Of a stretch of 64,000 nt of DNA, positions 9,030 to 21,067 are shown piece after piece. The stretch lies in the NCBI GenBank assembly GCA_937625935.1, contig OW569358.1:124001-188000 (forward strand), in the 5' to 3' direction. Every line of letters starts with the position of its first letter. Within the stretch, counting starts at the first letter, position 1. Below the pieces are notes generated by a model. It did no database searches. It saw nothing but the letters and a program-made list of their open reading frames with translations, and had not been told where the DNA came from. A program made the position numbers and the translations under genes. This stretch comes from Tetramitus jugosus. Taxonomy: Eukaryota > Protista > Heterolobosea.

Positions 9030-11225
9030 TCATGGTGAAGTTGTGTCAATTGCTGGAGCGTCGTTTGTTTCGCTCTTCTTTGATGGTATTACTTTAGCTA
9101 TCTCCTTCTTCGCTTTATCAATGCTCTCGCTGGAACCCCTTAGAACAATAATTGGCTTATTTGAGTCGATAGATAAGAAGGCACCACTCTTCTCTTCAAT
9201 ACTCCTTAAGGTGGCTCCACCTTTGCCAATAACTTGTCCTACATCTCCCTTAGATACCTTGAGAACCTCCTTATTTTCCTTCATTTGAGCAACTAATTGC
9301 TCCACTACTTCCTTTGCCTTTCTAACAGTCGCTCCTCTGCCTGACAATTGTACAGTACTAGACTTCAAATCCACAAATACACGCGATACTCGACTGGCAT
9401 CACGAATTCGTTTCGTGGAATTTATCAAAATCGAAGCTGCTTCTGAATCTACAGGTACAGATAACTCCAATTGTGCATTCTCAGTCAAGAAGTTAGTGAC
9501 AATCTTCTTGGCATTACTCATGTTGGATTTTTCTGTTTCAATTCGAATCACGCCATCCAACTTGTCAATATATAGCTTTGCTTTGGTTTGTGTCTTCAAA
9601 TTAGTCAACGTTTGCTTCTGCAACAGCACATCGACCATATCTGGCTTGAATCTCACAGTACTCTCCTCTCTGTCACTGGTCTTCTCAAGCAACTGTTGCA
9701 CTTCCTCCAAAGCCAAAGCGGCTTGCTCTTCTGTACCTCTAATGACAACTGAACTGATGGCCTTTGATACAGAGACTTCAGCCTTTGTTTCCTCCGATAA
9801 TTTCTTGAGTTTTTGACCCTTGTTCTCCAAAAGAACACGCTGCTGACTTGGAGTACAAGGCACATTGTGAGTCACAATCAAGGAGCCCCATTGCTCTGCT
9901 TCATTCAACAACATTTGCTTTGCCTGCTTCTGTTGTCTAATCTTCTCCTTAATGTCAGACCTCTTCTTGTCCAGTGCTTGATTGTGCTCTTTTTGCAACT
10001 CCATCAATTTTCTCAACTCTTCTGACACATCGCGGTACCTTCTCTTCTTTTCCTTCAACTCGCTTGTCAAGCTTGGCAATTGATTATTGATATAACTGGT
10101 CAAATAAGCCTCCTCAACAGCTCGAACCAATTTCTTATGATTGTCCGTACTAGTCTTGATTTCCACTTCCAAATCATTCAATTCATTCTTCAAGCTCTTC
10201 AGTCCTTGTTGCATCTCCACTTGCTTCTCCCATGCGTGCAAATAGGACTTGTAATTGGCCTTTTCCTTGAGCAGTGCTTGAATTTGTTGTTGCAACTCCT
10301 CTTGTTGTTGTTGTTGTTCATTGACTTGCAAATCACTTGCCTCAGATGATTCTTCCTTCTTTGCCTTGTTGTTGTTGTTACTCTTCTTTTTCTGCTGTCC
10401 CTTTTGCTTCTGTTGTTGTTGTTGTTGCTGTTGTTGATCCTTGATCAATGACAACTTGTTCTCCAATTCGACCAACTCTCGATCATACTCTGCCTCACTA
10501 AAGTACTTGCAAGTGCTCCTTCTGTCTGCATTTCTCTTCTTTGCCTTCTTATAAATCTTTTCCTTGTCTTTCATTTCCTTGTACTTTTTTTCTTTGATCT
10601 CAGTCTTCAATGAAGCATTATTCTTCTCATCATCCATTTGTTTCTTCAATTGTTCACGATTGAGTGTAAATTGTTGCTTTTCTTGTTCAATTTGATGCAC
10701 TTGTTGCTTCAATTGTTTAATGTCATTTTTGAGTGATTGTGACTCTGTGTTCAATCGATCCAATCGACTCAATTGCTTACTATTGTTATTCTTGTCATTG
10801 ACTTCTTTTTCACTACTACCACTACTATTACTACTACTATTACTATTATTGTTATTGTTGATACTGACATGTGGATCAAGAATAGTGGATAAAGAAGAAA
10901 CGAGTTTTAGTTCCTTGTACAAGTGCTGCAATCGTTCAGTAACAGCATTGGTCTGTTGTCGCTTGTTCTTGGTCATTTTGAGCACATTTTGTGGAGTGAA
11001 CTCTACTGAATTTGTTGATTCTTCTGTTGTTGTTGTTGATGTTGTTGGTTTAGTGGTAGTGGTTGTTGGTGCATTGGTAGTGGTGACTGCAGTTTGTAGT
11101 TGTTGTTGTTGATTTGGAGTAGGTGTTGTTCGAATGGGGAGACTTGGAAAATCTTCATCCTTGATGATGATTTTGGGAGTGGTGGTGATTGTGGTGGTGG
11201 TCATGGTACTTGATGAGGTGCTCAT
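9030..11225 (-). CDS. Coiled-coil protein with C-terminal KH domains (RNA binding)
   Basis: Canonical KH VGQVIGKGGATLRSIEEKSGAFLSI preceded by degenerate KH repeats; poly-Q/N/T N-terminus. Confidence 0.8.
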   Translation of the reverse strand: MSTSSSTMTTTTITTTPKIIIKDEDFPSLPIRTTPTPNQQQQLQTAVTTTNAPTTTTTKPTTSTTTTEESTNSVEFTPQNVLKMTKNKRQQTNAVTERLQHLYKELKLVSSLSTILDPHVSINNNNNSNSSSNSSGSSEKEVNDKNNNSKQLSRLDRLNTESQSLKNDIKQLKQQVHQIEQEKQQFTLNREQLKKQMDDEKNNASLKTEIKEKKYKEMKDKEKIYKKAKKRNADRRSTCKYFSEAEYDRELVELENKLSLIKDQQQQQQQQQKQKGQQKKKSNNNNKAKKEESSEASDLQVNEQQQQQEELQQQIQALLKEKANYKSYLHAWEKQVEMQQGLKSLKNELNDLEVEIKTSTDNHKKLVRAVEEAYLTSYINNQLPSLTSELKEKKRRYRDVSEELRKLMELQKEHNQALDKKRSDIKEKIRQQKQAKQMLLNEAEQWGSLIVTHNVPCTPSQQRVLLENKGQKLKKLSEETKAEVSVSKAISSVVIRGTEEQAALALEEVQQLLEKTSDREESTVRFKPDMVDVLLQKQTLTNLKTQTKAKLYIDKLDGVIRIETEKSNMSNAKKIVTNFLTENAQLELSVPVDSEAASILINSTKRIRDASRVSRVFVDLKSSTVQLSGRGATVRKAKEVVEQLVAQMKENKEVLKVSKGDVGQVIGKGGATLRSIEEKSGAFLSIDSNKPIIVLRGSSESIDKAKKEIAKVIPSKKSETNDAPAIDTTSP

Positions 11226-11400
11226 TTTTGGTTGTGTTCTCAATGATGGAAGAATGCTTTTTTGGTGTTTGGTTAAAAGCTTTTTTCCAACAACAAAACA
11301 AAGATGACAAGAAACACTGCACTGGGTATTGTAAATGATCGAAAACCTTCCGACGATTGGCTCGGAAACAAATACTCTGACGACACAAGTAAAAAAAATC

Positions 11401-12528
11401 ATGGCAACAAAAGCAAGACACTATGAGAAATGCTCGTTTTTGCTTTTTGGGCACACGGCATCTGTTCACAGCTTGACCAACGTAGCTGGAACGGTTTGTA
11501 GTGGTAGTTCGGATCACACGATACGAACCTGGGATATCAAGAATGTCGTGTGTGATCGCGTCTTGATGAAACATGAAGCTTTGGTGTCTTGTCTTCAATC
11601 GTGGCACGATCATCGTCCTCACATGCTCATCAGTGGTGGTCAAGATGATCGTCTGTGCCTATGGAATGTGAAGCAGTCTGGTGATGCATGTGCTTTCCAG
11701 ATTCCTAGAGCTCACAATGGTCAGATACACAGCATTGACATTGTAGATGAGAATTGCTTTGTTTCTTCGTCGAGTGATATGCACGTGAAGCAATGGGATA
11801 TTAGAAATTTGAAACAGTCAGTTCAGGAGACGCACACATTTGATCACTTATCCAATAGCTCCATCTTTTCTGGTTTTATGAATCCATATCATTCGCTGTC
11901 TGCGCCTTCGCCTTCTTCTAATGCCTCGGCAACTTCATCAGGTGATGCTCATGGTGTGAACTCTCGAGAGCATATCACTTCCTTTGTTACCTCTTTTGGT
12001 GAACCTTTTAGTGTTTCTTGTGGAGAATTAGCAGATGAGGAGTCAACGAGCAAACAAGTTGTGTTCACTGGAAGTCGAAATGGTGTGCTTTTAGCAGTAG
12101 AGTTAAGAACAGGTGAAGTGTTGAAGCACTACACAGGTCATCACAGTGATATTGTTTCATGTACGTCCATACACCATGGAAGCAATTATTATTTATTATC
12201 TGGGTCCAAGGATCACACTGTTCGATTGTTCGATGTGCAGTCTGGTGAGTGTATTCACTCATTTGATTCAATTCACTCTGGAGAAATCACCTGCCTTCAA
12301 TTCTACAAAGAAAAGAATGATGAAGGAGGAGATCTTGTGTTCTATAGTGGAAGTAGAGATGGATCAATCAAGGAAGTTACAGTTTCAAGTCATACCGTAA
12401 CCAGAGTTTTTGAACGCACAGCTTTGTCCATCTTTGCACTCCATCGAAATTCATACGATGGCATGTTGTACTGCGGCAGTGACGAAAATCTAGTGCGTGC
12501 TTGGAGAGTAACAGATGATCAGAGCTAG
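11401..12528 (+). CDS. WD40-repeat protein
   Basis: Repeated GH...SGSxDxTIRxWD units. Confidence 0.9.
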   Translation: MATKARHYEKCSFLLFGHTASVHSLTNVAGTVCSGSSDHTIRTWDIKNVVCDRVLMKHEALVSCLQSWHDHRPHMLISGGQDDRLCLWNVKQSGDACAFQIPRAHNGQIHSIDIVDENCFVSSSSDMHVKQWDIRNLKQSVQETHTFDHLSNSSIFSGFMNPYHSLSAPSPSSNASATSSGDAHGVNSREHITSFVTSFGEPFSVSCGELADEESTSKQVVFTGSRNGVLLAVELRTGEVLKHYTGHHSDIVSCTSIHHGSNYYLLSGSKDHTVRLFDVQSGECIHSFDSIHSGEITCLQFYKEKNDEGGDLVFYSGSRDGSIKEVTVSSHTVTRVFERTALSIFALHRNSYDGMLYCGSDENLVRAWRVTDDQS

Positions 12529-12814
12529 TGCCCTATGAAACTGCACTAGCGCTTTCGAGATAAAATTTGGTCAACATCTCGGCTCAGAACACAACAGGAC
12601 ATTCCTTCGGTGACATTCGAAGATTTCGCCTTCCAAAATTTCCCATTGGACTGACGTTTGACGGCATGTGTTGGAGCACACAACCTGACGAGCAGAAACA
12701 ACAGAGACATCATATCCATCTCCTCATCAGCAAAACAAGAAAAACACACGCATCACCATTCCCTATTGTTATTATTTCAATTCAACAAACGAGTCGTAAG
12801 AGCCTTTACAAAAA

Positions 12815-15683
12815 ATGAAAACAAAATATGGTCGAATGATATACGACTTTGATGCCGCAAGTGAGGCAGAACTCAGTGCAAAAGGTTTGTGTTTTTTTAC
12901 GTTCACACACAACTGCATCTCTCATCACACAAGCAGAGACAAGAACTGCACAGTGAAGCACTTCATTTTTTCTCCGTCAGCACATGCACATCAATACTCA
13001 CAGCAAATGCTTCACTATATGTTTTAATATTTTTTTTTATTGTTCTCTTGTCAAGAGGGTGATATGGTTGCAGTGATTGAGGATCATAACGATGGTTGGT
13101 GCACATGCTCCCCAGTTTCCAATGATTCCTCTCGAGGCTTTATCCCTACCGCCTATTTTGACATTGTAGACAATTATTCTCCGCCATCCACTGCGACTCC
13201 GTCTGCTTCTTCACTCATTAGCAAAAGCAATATTAGTGCAAACAAAATACAATTTCCAGTGACTCCCTCAGCTGCCAGTAAACCAACACTGGGAGCTTCT
13301 TCTACTACTACAACTTCTACAACCAAACGAATTTCAACAGTACTTAAAACTAGCAACAATAGCAACAATAGTAGTGATGCTTCTCAGCCATCATCACCAA
13401 CACCATCTATATCATCACCTGTATCTGTGACTATTAGTAGTAGTAGTAGCAGTAGCAGTGGTAGTGGTAGTGGCAACAAGAAGAAGGAGTCAAGAGGTGC
13501 CGTTGCAAAACTCGTATGTGCCCTTCTTTTTTTTGAAGCACCCCTTTGTATGCAAGCATAGACTTCTAACATTTCATTGCAATTGTTTATTTGTGTGTGA
13601 ATTGGAAAGAAATTGAGTGAAAGCAGCGCAAAATCACTTTTGGCCAAGCAACTCAAAGTGTATACAATCAAATTAAAGTTGAGAAATTATTGTAAATCAA
13701 CTGATTTCAAACAGAGAAGAACGAGAAATGAACTCATTAGAGAAACGGTGGAAACTGAGAGAACCTATGTCAAGCATTTGTCAAATTTTGTCAATTTGGT
13801 CTATTTGCCCATCAAGAAGGCACAAAAGCCAGTGATCAAGGAAGAAAATATCAAGTCACTATTCAGTAATGGTATGTCACCCAACGTTAAGCTTTATGAA
13901 GTGTTGTTTTTTTCCCTCACTACACGGTAGAGTTAGTTGTGTGATGCTTAACCGCTTATTTTTTTGTTGATGGTCATCTATGTACATAGTGGAGCAAATT
14001 TTGTCAATCAATAACATGTTGTTGAATGATTTGGAGAAGGCAATGACCATGTGGCCAGAGTCAAGAATCGGATTGGCCTTCAAGAATATTGCACCCTTTT
14101 TGAAGACTTATACGACTTATGTGAACAATTATGATACGGCGTTTGAGCAGTATGAGCTCTTGTTGAAGAAGAAGCCAAAATTTAAGGATTTTTTGAATGA
14201 TCAAGTGTATTCCAATGCTGCGACCGAGAGGTACAAGTTCGACTCCTATCTCATCCTTCCTGTACAAAGAATTCCAAGATACAAAATGTTGATTGCTGAT
14301 ATATTGAAGAATACGCCATCCGAGCACGTGGAATTTAAGGACTTGACTGATTCGTTGAACATTATTACGGAGGTTGCCAGTTTTGTGAACGAAGGAAAGA
14401 GACAGAATGAGAATTCAACAGTGATTATGGACTTGTCAAAGCAGGTCAAGGATCGATACAAGACCCTTGTGCAACCAAATAGAAAATATGTGAGAGATGG
14501 TGTATTCAATGTGCGATGTCCAGAAAAGTCCATGTATGGAGACGCATACAAAGTGTACATGTTTAGTGATGTGATTGTTATGATTGAGAATAGGGCAGAC
14601 TCATTGTTTAATCGAAGCAAGAAGTCTATCTATTTTCTGTTCTTCTCATTCTCTACTGTGATATATCAGCCAGAGTCTGTCGACATTACGATCGAGTGTA
14701 TGCATGGTGGAGATATGTGTCGCTTCAATATCACTTTCCCAACTGCTGACGAAGCAAAACAGTGGAAGCTTGATGCAGAGGACAACATTTCTCAAATTCA
14801 AAAGAATAATGAACTGAAGGGTGTGGGGCCTTCCATTCTGCTCGGTAAAGAGAGAATGGAGTTGAATTCTCGAACCAAGCAAACACTGAAGAAATGTGGT
14901 GATATATTGCAAGATTTCAGACAAACCGAGCAAAATCTCTTACGCTTGGACAGTGAACTTCGAAGAGATCAAGAAGAATTGAAGCGATTACAGTTGAAGA
15001 TTGAAAAAGAGAGACAGGAGATTGCCCAGGCTGAAGATATGCTAAATCAATTGGAGAATAACCAGAAGAAGGAAGTCGGTGTTTTGAGCAGTCAATTCGG
15101 TTCTCTCCGTGACAAAGATTCAACTGTCTTGTACGCACTGAAGGAAGAGGCTGAAGCCTTTAGACAAATATTTGGTGAAGAGCCATCCACTGAAGATTTG
15201 CACACCAAGCTTATTCCTTCAGGTATTGTACGTCAAAAGAGAATTCCAATGGAACAAGCATCGTTTGAATCAACCGATACATCATCAAAGGGACCTTTGC
15301 CTCCCCCAATGTTGCCCAATTCTGCCAAACCAAAAATTCTTCCAAAGCCAGTCACACCAACAGACGAGAAGCCTGTACCTGCTAGGACACAATTGCCTCC
15401 TCCTCGACCAACAGCTCATTTGGGCTCTGTCAAACCTTCTGAGATCTCTCGTACATCATCTTCTCCAACACTCCCTGTTCGACCAAGCTCTCTTGCGACC
15501 ACAAGAGCCAGTCTTCCAGCAGCAACTTCTCCTCTAGCAAGCAAAGCGCTTCCTAAACCTTTGCCACAAGCCGGCTCCCCTGCTTCAGAGAGTAAGCCTG
15601 TGCCTCCACCAAGAAAATTGCCAATGCCATCTTCGACAGGCTCACCTTCAACACCACCCACAATTGTATTCCGCAAGAAATAA
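12815..15683 (+). CDS. SH3-DH-PH Rho GEF with coiled coil and proline-rich tail, spliced
   Basis: SH3 (YDFDAASEAELS..GD..DGW..GFIPTAY); DH (ELIRETVETERTYV, FLKTYTTYVNNY, YLILPVQRIPRYKML); PH-like region; PxxP tail. Confidence 0.88.
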
Positions 15684-15812
15684 AAACCGCAGAACTTCAG
15701 TCGCAACTGAAATGAAGGAGTGCGCCAAAAAAATGGAACCAAAACAAAAAACTTGCAAAGAAAACCACAACAAATCACAGATTCAACAAAAAGACAACAT
15801 TGAGTGCACGCC

Positions 15813-16427
15813 ATGCCCACAATGACTGATGTGCATCGCCATCTCCTTCAATATCTCATGAAGGAACACTACTGCTCAGCCAACCAACTCGAACAACAAC
15901 TGAATCAATACAAACAACAATACAAAAATATCAATAACAACAACAACAATAACAACAATCAATCTCAACAACAATCACAATCCAACATTGATCAAGCACC
16001 ACTATCCGAATTCATTAAAACCATTAATGAATCACTCAATTTTATGCATTTGATCATCAAGAGCACAAAACATCCCAAGACAAAGCTCGTTTACTATGGT
16101 CTGGTCAACGAACTAGACGACGAAATTGCAAAACAAGCCACAGAATTCTCCGCTCATGAAATGACACTTGTGCGTGAAGTGATGAAACATTTGGTGGACA
16201 TTGAGAGGGAAGATATGGGGTCTGGAGCGAACATGGCTGATTTATTGAATCTGAGAGACAATAAGACATCGATGACAGACATGGAATCGTTGATTCAACG
16301 GTTGTTGAGTGACGGATGGTTGGAAAAGATGGAATCAAACAGTAGGAGTATTTGGTTTGGTGTGAGAACATTGTTGGAGCTCAGAGGCTATTTGACGGAT
16401 CAGTTTGCTTATGATCCATTGGAGTGA
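15813..16427 (+). CDS. NSE1: SMC5/6 subunit NSE1-like (winged-helix part; no RING seen)
   Basis: MTDVHRHLLQYLM, INESLNFMHLII, YYGLVNELDDEIAKQAT.FS, LLSDGWL, FGVRTLLEL. Confidence 0.75.
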   Translation: MPTMTDVHRHLLQYLMKEHYCSANQLEQQLNQYKQQYKNINNNNNNNNNQSQQQSQSNIDQAPLSEFIKTINESLNFMHLIIKSTKHPKTKLVYYGLVNELDDEIAKQATEFSAHEMTLVREVMKHLVDIEREDMGSGANMADLLNLRDNKTSMTDMESLIQRLLSDGWLEKMESNSRSIWFGVRTLLELRGYLTDQFAYDPLE

Positions 16428-16859
16428 AAAAGAAGGAGCAAAATTTTTTGTAACGTTTGGTTTTTGTGAGATGTTTGTGAGGTGTTTCTCTATTGGTCAT
16501 CATTAAAAAGCTCAAAAAGTGGAAAGAGTCAAAAGCTCTTTTCGCAAGTTGTTTCTTTCGTGTCAGTTGTTTGTGTGCGTTTTTGTGAAGGGTACATTCT
16601 CCGACTTCCTTTACGACAGATAAAAATACTTTGCCCTCCTCATTTTCTCTTAAGAGAACAACAACAAAATGAAGGAACTCCTTGGTTTTCATCTGAGAAT
16701 TGCTTTGGAGATGATTCCATGTGGTGAGCGGATGCCGAACCAGCTGCTCCCAGCCATGTAATCACTCATTCGCTGCATTTTTACTAGAGAATTCGATGTG
16801 TTTGACATAGAACTCCACAACCTATGAACACAACCATTCAAACTCTCCTAGGGAGAACA

Positions 16860-19800
16860 TCTCTATATACAAGGATCATTATTGTTTGTGATTGTGTTGT
16901 GGTATTACCACTGTGAAGAAAGTTCCTTTCAAAGTAGTTCAATTTCGGGACATTGAATAAATTCTGGGACAAACATTCTGCAAGAGAACGTCACTAGCAA
17001 CAAATCGATGAATAATATTAATGCCAGCAAGGTACTGAAGCCGTGTTGGCATATTGAGAAGAAGGGTCAAACTTGCTTTGTTGTCATCCAACATAGTCAG
17101 ATTTTACCGATATAATTCAAAATAATAGAATACCCAGACAGAAGAATAATACTGATACAGAACCGAAGATTGGTTTTCTTGATCTGGAAGATGAAGAAGA
17201 GCTATTCTATGCCCCTTGTCCAGATTATCCAAATCGTACAGCGCATATATATGACAAACAGGATGATTCAGACAGTAATAAATTAGTTGTCAATTTGACG
17301 AAGGCACTACGCAATGGAAGATTACCACCGGGTGCCTTGATTACACAATTCATCGCGTCACAGTTACGAAACATCAGTATGTTTAACAAACATAGTTGGA
17401 ATCATCCACTACCATTACAGATACTCGGTCATAACATTCGCACATAGGGAGCGTCCAGATATTATATTCACCTCTGACCCCTCCCTGCCTATTTTGAATA
17501 AATTTGAATAACACTTTTTACTGTAAATTCGAACGTTACATTAATTCTCCTACTAGATTGGGATCAAGAGACCCCTATGTCTCAGCAGATGTATTTCTGC
17601 GCCCAGAAACAGCGCGTTGGTGCCAAGCTGCACCATTCCAGCGCAAACAAATACCACATTTTTTTACTCCGTCCCGTTTCGCTGTTTTTTTAAATTCCGC
17701 CCCATGACCAATTTCTATAATGGAGTCATCAATACATTTTTATGATGACAACTGTTCCAATTGTACCAACTATTGTTCAATACGACCAAGGATCGGAAGG
17801 TAGAGGTCAGTTCGAACAAGCTGTTGCAAATAGTGGTGCTCGTCTCATCCCCAAAGTAAACCCCATCCCCAAAGTAATGGAGGGATTGAGCAGTTTCACG
17901 GCAAAATCAAACCACTAGCAACAATAGTGTTGCATAGTAATGGTGGAAATTATGGAAGTGCTATTGTTGAGGCAATGAGGATATATAATCATCGACCATC
18001 GAGATGGTGGACCAAATGGTGAGAAGCAAGGGGCTGTTGGCTTGTATATGGCTAGTAATTGTCAAAAGAGAGAAAGAACTGAGAGTGAGCCTTCAATCGG
18101 ATGAAACATGCAACAACGAACGAGAGCAAACAATCACATTGGAGTTTAATGAAGAGACATCTTACCCAGTACGTTCTAGGAATGGCATCAAAAGAAGGCG
18201 AAGGCAAATGGAAGAGGAATAAAAAGAAGTCTTTATTGGCCAAAATAAAAGTTGACGTTTCAGTGATTCACAATCCGCTTCCATCTTTTCCCTTGCAGGG
18301 CTTATGATAATGTGGCCATGGCACCTATCTCTTCAATCATGTACATTCACCTGGTGCATTGCTCTAACAAGATCGATCACCTCTTCCTTTTTCATCAGTA
18401 CCTTCTTCAATTTTTCTTCCCTCACCTCAGTATCAACAAAATCAACACCATTGACCCATGATTCAGGAGGTTTACCAACACTTGCTGGAAGCATTTTTCT
18501 ACTCGTGCTTTTTTTCCGTTGCATTGGCGATACAACATACCATTTAGGATTATGTAGTGATGGCTTGATTCATACTTGATAAATTTTTTTTTCTCTGCAG
18601 ATATAGAATCAGGCAGAGTTTTGGTATTCAAATAATTGAAGATAAGTTGTGAATTAGTGGACATTTTAACTGTTGTTTATTTTGTTATTGACACTACACC
18701 ACTGAATTTATTTGCTGCTAACGGTCAGCGAACTGAAAGCGTGCTGCTTTTTCCCATATACCCGTCGTCGCAAGTATTTATTGGGACAGAGTGGTGACAA
18801 GGAAGATAAGGGAGAGTAAGATGTTAGAGATCTCGTATTAATTCTTCCTTCAAAATGTCACCATCACTCATTAATCAATTTGGAATTTTGAAGGATAATG
18901 TTAATTTCTGTTCCCAGTTAATGAACGAGTTGAAATACGAAAACTTTTGGGCCATCATGATTGATGGTGTCCAGTTAATCTGTAGTATTACAGTATCTGG
19001 AAGCACTGGATATATACGGCGAGTCACAGAAGATATACAAAATATCAGATATTGATTCTATTTGCTCATCTGCTCAATTTAACGCATAAGCAATTTGCGA
19101 AGAAGGCAATTGTTTGTTTACTTGTTCATGTATCTGGTGAAGTGGCACAGATTTTGGGATTCATATTCTGACACAAATCAAGTAATCACAGATTTAGTAT
19201 CTGCAGGTATTGAGTCATGCAATGAACACAATATGAATGTTGGTCTGCTCGCAGCTGATGGAGCAAATATTCGCGCATTGAAGCAACTACAATCTAGTAC
19301 ACCACCATTTGAGCTCACAGATAGAACACATGTGAAACTACCAGCAATGATATGTGTGTCACTTGGGCAAAAGTGACAAATGCAATCTGAAGCTCCTATT
19401 GTCACAGATATATTGAAACCGAGAACTGTTCTACGATGTAGACAAGAGGCCATTAACTATGTGTCACTGACAATTAGTTATTCTGATTCATTTCAATTGC
19501 AGTGCAAGAACGGTGAGACAGTGTTGTACCACTGTATTGAATCAGACGATAATACTGACATGATCCACCATATTGACGATGCAATTGTAGAAGGTGGCAT
19601 CGAGAACTGGGTGATAGCACAGTTCAGATTGGATTGCTTACTCCTGCTAATGCGTTTGATCAACTGGAGATAGTTTGTGACTGTGAAGTTATTTTTTCTG
19701 TTGTTGCATATACAAAACATATTGTGGGACTGGATACGATAATTCATACATACCAGAATTCAGAGGCTGTGAGGAAGGTATTGCAACCCTCTGATATATT

Positions 19801-20955
19801 TATAACAGACAAACAAAGTGAGTCTCATATGGCTGCTGTCTGCAGTGATGATGATCTGGAAGTATTGCAGGAAGAGTATCCTCATTTTGTTGGTCTGATT
19901 CGTGTAGTTAGTATTATTGTAAGTGTTTGGCTGTAGACGCTGCAGATCTAGCTCGCTGGAAAAGTATATGGTATTCTGGACTGCAACAAATACAATTTTC
20001 CAAAGGAAACACTGGAATAATACCAGCTCAATGCAGAATCAGTTGAGTCACTGACGAAATTATTGGATCATTTTGGAATCACTTGTTTCAATCTGCATCT
20101 CTTTATGACAAATCAACTGGAAGGATCGTTTGGTGAATTCAGAGCAGTGTGGCAAAGCGAAATTAATTGAAGAGCAACAATTGAAGATTCGAACTAAGGA
20201 GAGCAGAGATTATATGATAGGATCATTTGAAGAGTCAGAGTGTAGCAGTAGATGATGTTATGATTAAGGCAACCAAGAGTGTTCCAGTTGCACCTGTCAC
20301 ATCAGAGCATTGGTGATATTTCCTTGTAGTGAAATATAGTGCGTTGTGGAAACGACAGGAAAGAAATTGCTCAGTAAGCTACAGCAGCCTATGGCCGTGG
20401 ATTTCGTTTACTGTGACTTTGAGTGGAATGGCAATAGCCAGATTATATCTGTTTGCTTCAATCACCCAAGATCTGGTATTGTATTCAGTAGTCTTGTCAG
20501 ACAAAGCAGTGCTGGCAAAGTGGATATGAAGGCCTTTAGGATCAACGGCAAAGAAGGTTAATCATCTGGTGGCAGAGCTGGAAAACGCAAACGCAGAAGC
20601 ACTAGTAGAACCAAGAAGTCACGGAAGATATAGCAGTGCAAAGCAGAAAACACGATCTGATGAAGAAGAAGAGGAAGATGGTATTCGTGTTGATAATATT
20701 CTTCCTACACGGACATAGATCTGTCACATCTAGATTTTGATGAGACTGATTTAGAGTCAGACTATGACGAAGCAGAGTTTGATGATTATAATGACGAACA
20801 ACAGTCTCACCAGAATCAGTGTATGAAGTTCAGGAAGAAGGGAGAGCTATTGATGTGCGAAGGTGATGACTGTGACAATGTGTGCTGTCCCAGCAGTGAA
20901 GGATTGAGTATTCGAGTTAATTCTGATGATCCAGATCCAGAAGATTGGTTTAATC
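16860..20955 (+). pseudogene. Decayed P-element/THAP9-like DDE transposase with downstream acidic tract and PHD finger, interrupted at about 17450-18770
   Basis: Fragments with stops and frameshifts: LILPS, WAIMIDG (about 18960), VGLLAADGANIRAL (about 19257), MTNQLEGSFGEFRA (about 20114); PHD-like CMKFRKKGELLMCEGDDCDNVCC...EDWF at 20820-20950. Confidence 0.6.
17740..18664. mobile_element. Rearranged Ginger/GIN1-type integrase fragments
   Basis: Plus strand 17763-18006: PTIVQYDQGSE...HPQSNGGIEQFHGKIK...YNHRP (rve core, frameshifted at an 18-nt duplication 17846-17877). Minus strand 18664-18305: QLIFNYLNTKTLP..KKKFIK..GMLYR..VRAMHQVNVHD*RDR (N-terminus and HHCC half). Confidence 0.7.
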
Positions 20956-20980
20956 CGACTAAGATTTCACTACTGTAAAC

Positions 20981-21067
20981 GGCCTTTTGGTCGAGTGGCT
21001 TAGTCATGTGCCTGATAGTAGTTGGTTCGATTCCCTGTGAGCGAATGAGCGTATGAGGAAACTTTTT
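20981..21067 (+). ncRNA. tRNA-derived Pol III unit (SINE head or tRNA pseudogene)
   Basis: A box TGGTCGAGTGG (20988-20998) at position 8 relative to 20981, B box GGTTCGATTCC (21024-21034), TTTTT at 21063-21067; no closing acceptor stem or anticodon arm. Confidence 0.55.

Noticed and set aside
17740-18664. Polinton/virophage or LTR retrotransposon
   Set aside because: An integrase is present but I recognise no polB, packaging ATPase, capsid, RT or LTRs.
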